The translations under genes and the position numbers were made by a program. A stretch of DNA of 64,000 nucleotides. It comes from Chlorokybus atmophyticus. Taxonomy: Eukaryota > Plantae > Mesostigma and Chlorokybus algae. The DNA is taken from assembly GCA_009103225.1 (NCBI GenBank), contig RHPI01001292.1:352430-416429 (forward strand), read 5' to 3'. Shown here piece after piece: positions 12,701 through 25,763 of the stretch. Below the pieces are notes generated by a model, which did no database searches, was not told where the DNA came from, and was given only the letters and a program-made list of their open reading frames with translations. How positions within the stretch are numbered: the first letter of the stretch is position 1; each line of letters opens with the position of its first letter.

Positions 12701-14387
12701 GATGTACATGGTCATAGGCGTGTGGTATGTGGAGAGCGCCACCTTCCTAGGCCTGTTGTTGTACAAGTGGGGGAAGGCGATGCGGTACTCAGTGCGAATC
12801 TGGTTGCGAATGATCAGCTTGTTGATGTCATTGAACTCATTCCACTCCTCATCACCAGCCTCAGAGTCGCGATACAAAGGCTCAAACTTGGGACCTCCAG
12901 GAATGGCCATGTTCAGAGCCTTGGACGTGAAAAAAGACTGCATGTCGAAGAGGTAGAAATAGTTGCTGTCCGTCAAGTCACTGAGCAACTGGCCAGCAAG
13001 CCGATGCAGTGTTGCCATAATGGGCAAGGACAACCGCCACTTGCGATAGCTGGGACCATTAACCAACTTGGTGTGGGCCAGTGGCATGTGGTCATAGAAC
13101 CAGTCATACACAGCAGCGTCATCCTCCTCATCCATCTCCAGGCGGATGGGTTCCAAGGGCTCCACGTCCAGCAGGTTATCAGCGTAATCCAATGGAGGCT
13201 CCTCATCATCAAAGGGTGGAAACCGCATGCGCTTGAAGTGTCGCCGATCCCTCTTCTCCCGCCGCATCATGATCCACATGCTGCCCCATTGTGCTATGTA
13301 CACAGGCTCAATAACACGCGGCGTTTCATCAATGAACGTGATGGCGCCAGTGATATGGTATAATACTCGACAGTTCCGGACTTGCTCCCAAGGCATGGGC
13401 ATGTTCTCCAGCAGCTTCAGGACCGCATGTGGAACAAACTTCAGCGCACCAAGGTAGACGCGCTTGTCTCGCCTGAACTTTCGAGAGCTCATGTCCCCAT
13501 GATCCCTGATAATCTTGCGCACATGCTCTGGGGGCATCGCCTCCTTCTGCGTCTCCACATACCCAAACTTCCGCTTGTCACCATACCTACAAGCCAGCAT
13601 AAGGTAAGTTGGGCTGTAAAATAGGCAGAGCAACAATAACTACAACCTAACACGAAAGCTTTCACAGCTCAAAAGAATATAGGAAAACAAACAACAACAA
13701 ACTGCCAGGTAACAACCAAACAAGCGGACATCGTGGCATGATGGGCTGCACGACACAACACCACCAACCTCCGCATACTCACTGTGTAAAGTGTAAACTG
13801 CGAGCTGAGCACATAGCAGGATACCTATACTAAACAAGAACGCAACTAAAGCTGCAGCGTGCTATTCGCAACGGCCTAATAATGGTTGTAAGCTTGTCGC
13901 TGACTTTTCGCCTGAAAAAGTCAGCGACAAGCTTACAACCAATAGCATCAAGGCTGCCAGTACATCCCCAGCAGTGAAACCCTAAACAACTCAACTCACA
14001 GAACGGGAGCGGCTAAACAGTACACATAAAACGCAGCAATATCGCTTCATTGCTATTGTTGATTCGTTAACACACATAGATGAACCAAGATAGCAACATC
14101 GCAATTGAGTTCAAGTAGCAGACTGAGCTGTTGAACGGCAAATCAACATGCATGCAGCGCAAGTCTGCATGCTAACATAAACATGAACAACACACCCACC
14201 TTTTGCTGTTAAGCTGCTGCCACTTGCGCGCTTTCTCCTCCAAAAACGCCTCCTTGGCTGGGTCGTAAGCTGAGCCTGGAGGCAAGGGCGGCGTGCCCAT
14301 CCCAGTGGGCGGTGGAGGAGGCGGCTGAGCCGGAGGCATGTTGACAGCTGGACCCGGAGGTGCTGGCGGTGGAGGCGGCGGCACCAT
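6710..14387 (-). CDS. PRP8: Pre-mRNA splicing factor PRP8 (U5 snRNP), ~2354 aa
   Basis: Exon 1 14387-14200 (Pro-rich N-terminus, ...[11 protein letters not shown]), one GT-AG intron 14199-13587, exon 2 13586-6710. Near-continuous PRP8 signature ([26 protein letters not shown], RNaseH-like and Jab1/MPN C-terminus). Confidence 0.99.
13883..13941. repeat. Perfect 26-bp inverted repeat (hairpin) in the PRP8 intron
   Basis: 13883-13908 TGGTTGTAAGCTTGTCGCTGACTTTT is the exact reverse complement of 13916-13941, with a 7-nt loop. Confidence 0.95.
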
Positions 14388-14611
14388 CTTTTCCACCTTC
14401 TGCTCAAACAACGAGCCGCACCGGCTTCAGCAAACTTCAACCACCCATACGCTTGAAGCCAGAGCGATCACTGTGCTCTGAAGAGCAACGATACCACACA
14501 GCGTCCTTCTCAAGAGAACAGACCACAACGGCCCCGCAGACCTCCCGACCAACAAGCCGCCCGCCGCAGCCGCTGCCGCCGCCCTGACGGCTGCTGTGAG
14601 CAACTCACAGG

Positions 14612-14620
14612 TTAGGGTTT
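14612..14620 (-). promoter_or_regulatory. Telo-box upstream of PRP8
   Basis: TTAGGGTTT, ~230 bp upstream of the PRP8 ATG. A second AAACCCTAA lies at 13977-13985 in the intron. Confidence 0.5.
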
Positions 14621-15293
14621 GGCTGGAAGGGTTTGTGTTGAGGGCTTGTATTATAACCAAGTCAGTTACTCCGCGGTAAATGACGCGGTTAAGCAGTTCC
14701 GCGGTCATCGTAATGCGCCGTAACTGCTAGGGGTCGTGTTCGAGATACGTCCCGTGTCAGACGTGTTCGCTCCGCAACCGCGTTACGTCTTTGCGGGGCG
14801 TCGCGCGCTGAGTTATTCAGGACACGGTCAGGTGTTAACTGTAAGCGCCGTAACCCTAAATGAGGACTTTAACCCTCTATTGTTTCACATAGACAGGGTC
14901 TTGCACTGTGCAAGTTGCACAGCGTTCAAAGCCCATTATATATATTAGCTCCACCGTGCATGGTGCGAACATGTCTGTCAGTGAGGGGATGTGTTTCCCT
15001 CTATGAATTTGTCATGCAAGGGCAGACGCGTGCATAGAAAATCAGTTGGACTGATATGCCGCATAGCAGCAAGTACTCATAGCATCAACAGGCACATGTA
15101 CACACAAACAGGCTCAGTCTGTAGTTTACAATTCAACATGCTGCGCAGCGCAACACGGCAATCGATGTATAGCATGCTGAGCTTTCAAATGCAAGCATGC
15201 TGGCAAGTAGCCCAAAACATTATGTAACAAAGGCATGACTGAATAACATAGCTAATTATGGAACACAAGAGAGTGGTGTGTGGTGTCTGCTCA

Positions 15294-16598
15294 TCACCGT
15301 CGCCGTCCGCCAGCAAGACCGGGTATCGACTCCCTAACCTCCTTTGCCTGGTTGGGATCTGCACAAACACACACAGCACATGGCATGAATGCTATGGTCT
15401 GGCCAATGCAGATATGTGGATGAAAGTACAAAGCTGAAGCCAATCCAACTTACCTATGAATTGGGTAAATATGCGCGTAAAGAAGCTGAAGTTCCGCAAC
15501 ATGCTTTGTCTCAAAGCTGGTGGTAGCGGCTGCAAAGACAAGGCATCAGCATCAACTCTACAACATCAGCGCGTGCGACGCATCAGCTCTTCACAAACAG
15601 CCTTACCTGGAAGAGGCTTTCAGGGCTGAACACCCTTTGAAGGAAAGCAAAGTTCCTGCCGAATGCTTCGGAGATTTCAGAAGGCATCTCGAACAGATCG
15701 CTGTCTTCATCACCTTGCTGTCCTCCTTGCTTCTGCATGCGCGCGTGCAGCTCCCTCGCCCCTTGCCTCATCGCTGCACGCCTGCCCGTCCCGCCCCTGA
15801 CAACCTACCACATGCGCATGATGATCTGTGTGTGCTTCCTCCATAGCCGCAAACTCAAAAGTGTTCTGACTGTCGATTGCTTTGGAATCTGGGACCAAAG
15901 CTACCACTGATGGACGCAGCTTCAATTTTTGTCCAGCAAATGCACGTCATGGTTTGCATTCCATGCAGTGTATGCAGAGCTACAGGGTTGGTGTCATTTA
16001 TGTCAAGCTGTGCTAACTGAACTGGCCAGCATGAGGGGAGAAAGTACACAATATCTGTGCAGTCAGTGCCTGAAACGGCAAGCACACATACACGTGCAAG
16101 CTATGACCTGTGACACTGCTCTGACCGAGCTAGGTCCACATGGTAGGTCCGTTTAGCCCAAAATGTGGCGACCGGATTGCTCTATGCTACGCTCTGCCAT
16201 ACCCGCATTTCAATGATAAAAAGGCATGCAGCGATTGCACGAGACGTTCATGCCGCAGACTTGCCTGGCTAACCCTAGCGCTGCTCCGCTCGACCTCATG
16301 ACAGCAAGAAACGGCGATGAGCAAACTTACACCAAAGCATGAGCAACTTCAACATGGACATAGACATAGACGGCAACGACGACGTCGGCCATTCCTACCA
16401 GACAAGCCCTTCAACACACCACAGACACACTTTCTCACGCACCTGCTGAGGGGTGCCCTGAGTGACAGAGACGCTCTCCTGCTTGACGACCCGCTTGGTT
16501 GCGGCTGACTTGGACGACACGGGCGAGGAGGCTTTGAGGCCATGCTGCCCCTCGCGCCTTGCAGCCCCCTCCCCCGTCCTGTCCGCCGCCGCCGCCAT
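15294..16598 (-). CDS. Small multi-exon protein of unknown function, resembling a conserved plant family
   Basis: ATG 16598 (MAAAADRTGEG...). Downstream exons splice in phase to ...DEDSDLFEMPSEISEAFGRNFAFLQRVFSPESLFQ|PLPPALRQSMLRNFSFFTRIFTQFI|DPNQAKEVRESIPGLAGGRRR*. Middle exon(s) uncertain. Confidence 0.7.
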
Positions 16599-16905
16599 GG
16601 CTGCCAGGCGGGGTATGCTGCTAGCCTCACAGTGGATAGCATTGCCACCAGTATCGCAACGCGATACTTTACGACACTACAGATATCTTTCAGGCTCCAG
16701 ATACTGCAACCTAAGTACCTTAGCAAAGTACTTGGTGTTCTGCTTTGCTGCCACGTGGCGCAGGTAGCGAGCTGGGCCGTGGCGGCAGCGGTGGCGTTGT
16801 TGTGTAGGCGTACGTGGTTGGAGGACGAGGCGTTGGCGGTCTCAGTGGGTGACAGTAGCCTTGCTGCGATTCAAGCCCCTGTGCAGCTGATTTGTCCTCC
16901 ACAGC

Positions 16906-18501
16906 ATGCGGCCGCCGCTGATCGACGCTGACATGCGGCCGTCGAGGTGGGCTTGTTGCGCAATCGGTGTGCCAACACGTTGTGTAGGTTACTGTGAACG
17001 TCGCATTGCTGCTGAGTGATGATGGTTGTTGATCATCAGTGATATTGTGTGCGGTTGCAGTCAAGTGCACTGGCTGCTATGGTGGTTGCATGGGTGGGGT
17101 TCACTTGTAGCAACTGCAGCTTGAGGTTGTTATCAGATTCACTAAGTATACATGCCCAATGTTGAGCTGTGTAAAACCGTACATGACAGCTTGCTTGATA
17201 GAGAGCTTGGTGCTGATCAACAGTTGAGCGCTTCACAAGCTCTTCCAGCTATTTACCATGCGCACGTCATTCTCACACTTGACCGTCTATGCATGACCAT
17301 TTCACTGCATGCATGACACTCCTGTTGTAGTTAAATGCTGGCTTGATTTGGGGGGAAGTACTTCAGTCAGTCAGTCAGTTACGAGCGTGCTTCAGTTAAG
17401 CACGCTCTTGCTACTGGCATCTCAGCTATTAACAGTCTCATGCTGCAGTGGACCGCCTGGGGGACCGGGAGGCGCGCAGCTGGCCTGCCCTGAGCTCGCC
17501 CAGATGACGCCTGAGCGGCTGCAGGTGTGTGTTGAGGTCCTGCGTGCGTGCTCGTGCTTGTGTGTTGTCTGGACCCTCTGCTTGAGATTGGAACCGCAGT
17601 GCTGTGACTCATTTGTGAACATGATGTTAGGAGTTGCTGACTGATGAGCGGGCGTTTGCGCGGTTTGCAGAGTCGCAGAACGTGCTGGAAACCGTGATCA
17701 GAATGGTACACCCACTACATCCACCAAACGAATGCGCATTGGCTTTGTGTTCTGCAATAGTTCGTTGACATGTTGCTTGCCCTCGCAGCAAAAGAGGGAG
17801 CAAGTCACAGTGAATGAAGCCATTGCGAGAACCAACCTAGCGCTGGAACCATCCATAAAAACGCTGCAAGACGAAGTTAGGGTTGTTGCCACTTCTAAAG
17901 TTTAACAGTGCACTTATGTATTGAAATTGATTTAAGGTGCTTTGCCCCTAACATGACAGATAGCCACCATGAGTGCCCAAGTAGAGGATGCCCGTCGCGC
18001 CTATGAGAATGCACGTCGTGAACAAAGCGCGATGGTCAGCTCCGTCAGCCCAGCATCGCTTCTCGACAGATTGCAAAGTCAGTGTATGCTGGGTGTGACA
18101 ATGCAGTGGGGCAGTCATTGCTACAGTAAATACTGACCATGTGGACGTTTTTGTTTTTCAGAAGCCGCAGCCGCTGCAGATGACGAGTCAGAAGACTTGA
18201 TACGGTATGTGGTGGATTGTTTCTGCGGCTAGCTTATTTGTGGCCTCCAGTTGACGTGTGCCTTGCCTGTTGTGTAGTACATCAACGCTGTGTGGGTTCA
18301 TCGCATATTAGGTCTTTGTTGGGACGTGTGTTAGGCTAGGGCTTGCCAATACAATGTAGGATACTACTCATGGTGTTCATGCTCTGCAGGAATCAAACTC
18401 CAAACATGGAGCTGTTGGATCAGTACAAGGCGCTACGCATATTGCATCATCGGCGTGTAATGATAGCGCGAGCGGCTCAAAGTCTTGTGCAGGGCAATTG
18501 A
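16906..18501 (+). CDS. VPS37: ESCRT-I subunit VPS37 (Mod(r) domain)
   Basis: Exons give PELAQMTPERLQ|ELLTDERAFARF...|VNEAIARTNLALEPSIK...|SPASLLDRLQ|.AAAAADDESEDL...|ELLDQYKALRILHHRR, the VPS37 C-terminal pattern. Stop TGA 18499-18501. Confidence 0.8.
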
Positions 18502-19954
18502 TAGTGCCGTGTGACTGGATGTCATCTGTATATATGTTGCAAATGTGGGCTATTGATGGTTGCTGTGCAACTGTCGTGTGCAGACGCATGCATAGTTATA
18601 GTCAAAAGTCGGTCATGCATGCGCTGTTGAGAACGCCGTACTGGTGTTGACTGACACTGTGTGCAGGTTTGGAGAGTCTTCAGAGCTAACAAGCCGCATT
18701 GAGAATTGGAATAATGAACATTTTGGTATACAGTCAACCGCCTGTCTGAAATGATCCACCCCTCATTGTTACAACCCTCAACATGTTCAGCATGTTTGCA
18801 CTATACAACCCAATTATTTACTGCTATGCTACGTTGGTATCGTTGCACATGTATAACACCAACCAGCCTGTCCCTTGTCTCCTTGCAGCAGGTAGCCACA
18901 TCTACTACTTTTTTCTTGTGGTCAACCATTCCATTCTAGTAGAACAGCATAGTGCGCTACGCGCACTCATGTACATGGGTTTCCTCTCCCCTCTCCTGTG
19001 CTGCTCAGGTATACTTGAGCGGCAAAGTAAAGCCGACTTGCCCGACTGCCTGCCTGCTGGCTATCATTGCACATAGCCCCAGCCCCAGCCCCGTAGTTTA
19101 GCTAGGTTGTGCGCTTGTGCTTAATTGTTGGGTTGTTTTGCTGTGAGCTGTGACTGCCTGCTTGTGCTTGTGTTTGTACTTGCTTGCTTATGCTTCAGTT
19201 TCAACCCTATACCGTATAGGTGCATAGAACGGTTTTCACCGCAAATGAAGTGCCCGCTGCAGCAAAGTTGAACACCATTTCCGGCGTAATGACACTGAGG
19301 AACCACAAGACAAGCATGCCTTGATCAGTAATTGACAAAGCTGGAGTCCACTGCATTAGGCATTGGTAGGTGACAAGACAGCGTAGTAAACTGACTGACT
19401 TACATGTGTTGTGCTGTAGATTCGCGCCTTGAAGTGTATATAAACCTGCTGTTGCTGTCATTGTTGATGGCAGGATAGGTTCTTTGATTGTGACATCTGC
19501 AGTTGCACTGGGTATCCATGGTCACGATGCTGACGCTGATATCGTTGCTTTGAGGGCGCCACTTCTTAAGCTCTAGCATATCGTGGACCAGCGTCTTGCG
19601 GCTGTTGGAACGGTAAGCACTTATGCATCAGTCAAATTGTCGAGCCGCAATGCACGCACGCACGCCTGATGCATGCCTGTACAGGTGCGTGCACTCGCTC
19701 ACACATGGCATTGTCATTGCACGGTGTGTAAGCATTAACTCACACTGCATGCCGAGCACCCTGCCAGGTGTACAGTGTACCAGTGCGGTGTACGCACACC
19801 CGCGCGCACAATCTCACACATACTCCACCACTTGTATACACCTACCTGCTGAAGAAAAAGCCCAGAAAAGCCTCCACTACACCCCGTGCTATGCCAGCCC
19901 ATACTGCGTCGACATAGTCCCTGCCGCTGCCCTGCGTACGAGGCGATCCTCCAA

Positions 19955-20237
<283 letters not shown>

Positions 20238-21043
20238 NTGCTCGCACGCAACTATGAGACGCACCAAAGCTACGCTCGCGCACAGACTGCCTAGTTTGGG
20301 GGCAGCAACGCATCACGTGATATGGAAAGGCGCTGGTGCTAGTGGCGCAACGACCGTCGAGTACCGGTCCAAACCTGGGGATTGCCTGTGGATGTGACGG
20401 GCCGATGCCAAGGGAGGTTTCTGACCGGACCGACCGGCTGCACAACGGCAGCGTAATCGAGGTGACGTATATCCCTCCTTTTCTGGTTCGTGGTTTATAC
20501 GCATAGCAAGACAGCGACCACCCGTACCTTGTAAGCACTATGGGTTCAGTGCTTTGTGTGCGGGCAGTTGGCAGCCACTGGTGGTTGTGTGTGTGTCCAG
20601 CAGAGTGCGTTCTGTTTCCCCGGTATAGGTAGTGGTAGTTGCGCTATGTCTTGCCCTGGTAAACTATGACTTGCATTCAGATGTAAATTAACACACCAAG
20701 CAGGACGCATACAGCAACCCGCATCATCATCAAGTCCTTGTGAATATTGCAAGAACGACATTCATTACAAATTACAATACACTTTTAGCAGCTACGGGTT
20801 GAAGAGTGACACAGGCCGCAATACGACACTCTGTGTGTAACAACACCCCTATGACACATGATGGCCCTTGTGGATATAGCCAGAACTCTGCTGCCTGCTT
20901 GTTATCAATAGTCATTCAGTCTAAACCAGTTTTCTGCTCTTATCTTACATAATCTGTACATAAAACACGACTAACCAGTAATTTGCTAGCTACTCTGCTA
21001 TCTCTAATCCTGATGACGCTGGTGCTGATCTCTTTGCTTGCGC

Positions 21044-24000
21044 TCAAGGCATAGTTACAACCACATCAAATCTCCCAAGGCGCATCCCCGCGCTAGCAGC
21101 GTGTACCAAAAAAGACTGAGAAGAACATAAGCATGTCAAAGAGAGATTGCATAAGTAACCGTTTTACGAAGAAAAAAGGGTATCCATGGCAGATTTGCAG
21201 TAACAAAGGTGCAGTAATAGCCAGTTACTCTGAGAGTGCTGTTCAAGGAGAGATGCAGAGCTGAGCTGGTATTTACCAGCACAACATCAAGGCAAGGCAG
21301 GAAAGACAAACATCCTGTTGTTACCTGTTCACCGAAGTAGCTTCCAGTCCAGGTATGGTGTGGATCCCAATCATGTCTGAACGGTCTGCGCGCAGGACTT
21401 CCAAGTACTTGCTGACAGCGTAGTTGCGGTGGTTGAATCTGCTGTCTCGTATATCATTTTCTGAGCCATGCACATCACCAGGTATACGCCGCTCTACTGG
21501 AAACGACCTGAAGATAACAAAGCAGCTTGAATCACGCACTAAGAGGATGTGATGCACACATGCAGAGACACACAGATGCACAGGTGCAATCAATGCGCAT
21601 GCGCATGCGTACATGCGCATGCAGATGCACACACTCGCATACACATGATCCTTCCTCACCCAAGTACTGTATGCACCATCGCCTCTGCGGTGCCCAGCAT
21701 AACCCCAGCGCAAAGGGAGTGCTGCATCCTGGGCTGCTAGCTGTTAGCAGCTGCCGAGGGGAGACACAGTATACCTTGGCTTGATGCACTAAAGTAGTGG
21801 TAACAAGTAACAAACAATCTGCCCCCATTGCAGTTTAGCAAACCGTTGCCTGCATGTCTTGCTTTGCCTCTCTGCTTCTGCTCCTCAGCAGCTGCGGTGC
21901 GCATGCAATTTGGGAACATCACGTGATCTGGACCGCCGCCTTCAGGAAAGGCCGCTGGCTGCCGGACACGCTCCCTGCCTTGGCCTGTGCCAGGCTGGGA
22001 TGCAGCACTGCCGTAGCCGCCGGATTGACCGGCATAACTACCGGCGGCAGAGTACGTCGGATTACGTTGGCGTAGCTTAGTGACGTATTCTTCGGGTCCA
22101 GAGGGGATGGCTCAATGCGGGTCACCTCTGCAAGGGCAGGACTAAAGATGTGAGTAGCCATCCTGAATTGCTGCTTTGTGTGGAAGTTCTTGCACACACC
22201 GCTGGCACGACCCCTGTGCCAGTGACGTGCAAGGCAGCTGCGCATGCCTGACCAGAGTCATAATGTTGCTTGTACCAACTGCCACACGCGCAGAAGGCGT
22301 TGCTGCATCAAGCCTGCATACCCTAAAACGCTGCAGGTAGCAATATGCAATGATACAACCGTTCACAACCCATCCTAATGCATATGTTACGCGAGCTGCA
22401 CCATGTTCTATAGAACGTAAGAACTTCTGCACTACGCACGCTACAGTATTACATATACACTGTGTGGCAAAGTGTGCAACAAAGCAAATACAAGGATGTT
22501 ACAATACCAAATACAATGTTGGCAGCTGCAATATTCCAAGGATGTGCACTCGCAGAGAACACGCCTTGGTTTCTCCAACAAACCGACACCCCACTCCATT
22601 TTACCGCCTTTGTTGATGCCTCTTAGTACAGTCATATGGCCCTGCAGGCTGGTTCCGAATCTGTGCGAAGCCAGGATTCGATGAGCTGATAGCCAAGTAA
22701 CTGCACAGTGCTACTGCAACATTTTCCAGATTCACTTACTGGAGACCAGAGGTTATATGGCTGAGTCTGTGGCGTTTCTGGAGAGTTGGCAACACGCCCA
22801 CCCTTCTTGGCAAATGCCTGCAGGACGCAAGTGTCTGGCGATCACTGTGTCATGTGCTACAAGTCATGCAAGGACACCCAAACCCAACACACCAGCTGAC
22901 CTCATCCTCATTCTGCAGCAGTGCCGCCAACCGCTCTTCAGTATAGAGGTTCTCGCCGCCACCGCTGCTGCGCTTCTGTTTCTGTTTCTGCTGCTTTGCT
23001 TTGGCGCTGGAGGCTGGAGGCTTGGATAAACCGATTACCGGCTGCCCAGGCGGCTTCAAGCGGCTGGTTGAGTTGGTTGCCACAGGAGCAGCCGCAGCCT
23101 TGACTGGAGCAGCATTCATCTCCAGTAGAGGCGGCCTGAATGGGGAGTTTGTGCAAACACACATACGCACACGCATGTGAATGCACACATTCATATGCAC
23201 GCAGTTCAGGACAGACTTACCTCTCTTGCGTGCAAGACCGGGACTCCACTGCAGCCACAGCGCCGGAGTCACTTCTGGGCACAGTTGCCTCCGTTGCGGA
23301 CATCCGCTGTATCAGAGTGGACGTGCGGGCGACTGGAATCTGCTCAACGGCAAAGACAACACTTCAAGCGTTGGCAAACACCAACCCGCTTGTGTGTGAG
23401 TATTAAATTTCTACCTTGCACTGTGAGAAGTCCACAACTGGTCTCAAAGGCCGTCTTGGTGTTAGCTTGCTGGGTGTTGGGGCAGCATTGGTTTGAGTGT
23501 CGGCCGCTTGCATTGCAGTAGAACACGGGCTTGCAGCGACTGAGGCCGCGGTGGGTGTCGCACTGCATGACTTGGCTGGTGACGCTTCAACCGGACGGTC
23601 AGCCATTGTTTGCTGCTGCTCAACTGCTTTAGCTGGCTCTGGGCTTGCTGTACTAGTATCAGGCAGCTGAAGCGGAGGGAGGCGCGGCGTCCTAGTCTCC
23701 AGGCTAGGTGTTCTTTTGGACTGTATGGGTTGCTTTGGAGTAGTCAGTGCTGGAGTAAACACTGCTGCCGCTTGCTTTGCTATTGCAGGCAATTGTTCTG
23801 TCATTTGCGCGCGTGTGTCGCAATCTGATGTGCTGGGCTGCTCAGCTTGTGGTCGTGACTCTGCGCAACAGCCACAGCAAATGAGACACATACGTACACA
23901 TACATGACACATACCGAAACCGCAGGCATTCGCTAACTTTCTGTACAGTGTTGCGTGGGCTTGATAGCAGTGATTCCTATTGCGCAACTCACCAACGCAA

Positions 24001-25680
24001 CAATGGGTGGAGTTGGTGCTGAGGGCTATCATGTTGCATGACAAAAAGAGAGTGTTCTCCTGCAACAAATCAGTGACAAGCTTTTATTTTCTTTTCGCTG
24101 CAGTTCTGTCATACTGTTGGTACATTGCATGCGACAAGGAGCTGGTCTCAATATAGCAGCATTGTGATAGCACCATCATGCAAGATGCTGATCATCTGCA
24201 ATGCAACCTCCAGTCAATGCACGTACTGTCACTTTAGTCGCGCTGGGTACGTCCCTGGCAGGCACACTGCGGAGACATGCATCTTCCTCAAGTTGTTCGA
24301 GCCTTTCATCCATCAACTGTGCGTCTGCAAATGATGCAAATGTCAACGCAACAAGCAGTGCCATGCTGCATCTTGAGAACCAAGTGACAAACTCAGCAAC
24401 ACATTTACCGCGCAAGTTTGCGAACGCCTCCCACGTCATGGTCTGGCGCGAGTTTGCTTTGAGGCGTGAAGGCAGCAACGAGTCTTGCTGTATGGGTTCG
24501 CAAGCCACCTGCACATGCTTGTTGCCAGTTGTCGTGCATTCCTGGCAAGACTCAAGCATCAAACAGGTAAAAGCTTCCGATCAAGATTGACTGGAGTGCG
24601 CATGCTACCAGTTTGTGTACTCACCGGTGCAGTCGGTGCCTTTGCTAACACCGCACTTGCATTGACATCGGATAGCAACTCGTCATCTGTAAACGGCAGA
24701 CTGAAAGGATTACAAACTTCATGTTGTAATGGTTTGACGCTGTGTGCGTGTGGGGATACATGACTGTATCCTGCATTGTGAGCAGAGCTGATAGCCTCAT
24801 CAGGTCAAGCTCACTGACACGCAACAGTCAAGAGCTTTACATATTCAGTGTAAGTGCAGACTGAAGTACAGTTCAGTTCAGTAACAATTCAGCTCAAGTT
24901 AAAATGTGACACACATGAAAGCCGAAGATGACAACAACACGTTCATGTGGGAGCAACAGCACAAACCTTCAACTGTGAATGCTTCAAACCAGTTGCTGTC
25001 CCGCAAAGTTCGTCGCATCCGCTTCCCGCGCACGGCAGACTGCCGACGACCGCATTGCTGCTCACACCTGCCCGACGCTGTCGGGCTTTCGCTGCGTGGC
25101 GGGCTTGCGGGCAACTTGTCTTCCTCTGCAATAGGCTGCACATTGCGCCGTAAAGTAATCAGCGGTATAACTAGCAATATCACTTCCCATGCATCGCTGA
25201 GACTGTTTCAGAAGCAGTACCGAACAACAGGTGGTGAAACGGGCTTTGCTTGCAGGCGCATGCACAGCGTCATTCCCGCCTGTGATGGTACTCCCGCCTG
25301 GGGTCTTTGACTCGTCTGTCAGTGCATTGCTCTACTTTGGTGCTTAAGTCAACACGCAACACGGTACTAGCAACATCATCACTTTACAGTGCACTGTGCA
25401 GCTGTCACTGTCCTACAGCAGTCGGTAAATCTTTCTTTGAATCGCACAATGCCAATTCACAATGCGTGCAGTCTTTCCGGGAAATTGGTTCACATAGGTT
25501 CAATTGTTGAACAACTGCGTGACGCATACCAGATGGGCGCAGTGGCGAAGGTGTGAACGGCAGCTTGCCAACCGGGGAGCAGCTGGCGGCCCCTCCTCCT
25601 TTCGCAGAAGCACCAACAACCTCCACGAGCGGCGAGCCCCCAGTATGAACGCTCAAATCTAACAGACCCTCAGCGTCCAT
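21044..25680 (-). CDS. Hypothetical multi-exon Pro/Ala/Ser/Thr-rich protein (structure tentative; may be two genes)
   Basis: Probable start MDAEGLLDLSV at 25680. Series of open segments bounded by GT/AG (e.g. 23870-23418 ...TPSKLTPRRPLRPVVDFSQCK; ...LYTEERLAALLQNEDE; ...PLRWGYAGHRRGDGAYSTW). No family recognised. Confidence 0.45.
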
Positions 25681-25754
25681 GCCCTGCAAGAGAGATCGAC
25701 CCTTTGGACCCCCTCCTCCTCCTCTTCCTCCTCCTCCTCCGCCCCCGCCGCCTA

Positions 25755-25763
25755 AAACCCTAA
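25755..25763 (+). promoter_or_regulatory. Telo-box in a divergent promoter
   Basis: AAACCCTAA between the 25680 (-) and 26661 (+) starts. Confidence 0.45.

Noticed and set aside
6854-13363. Long plus-strand ORFs (358, 395, 254, 399 aa) overlapping PRP8
   Set aside because: Antisense shadows of a GC3-biased coding exon, with no recognisable motifs.
14690-14960. tRNA or snRNA gene upstream of PRP8 (GTTCGAGA B-box-like word)
   Set aside because: No cloverleaf, A-box or Sm site could be built. More likely promoter sequence.
20238-20470. TAG-interrupted reading frame suggesting TAA/TAG reassignment
   Set aside because: Well-supported genes here end in TAG (PRP8), TAA (SAT, BUB3, PPIL2) and TGA, so the standard code applies. 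The segment has no recognisable protein.
24960-25010. DSNWFE resembling a TPX2 Aurora-binding motif
   Set aside because: Only a few residues match and no TPX2 repeat or C-terminal domain was recognised.
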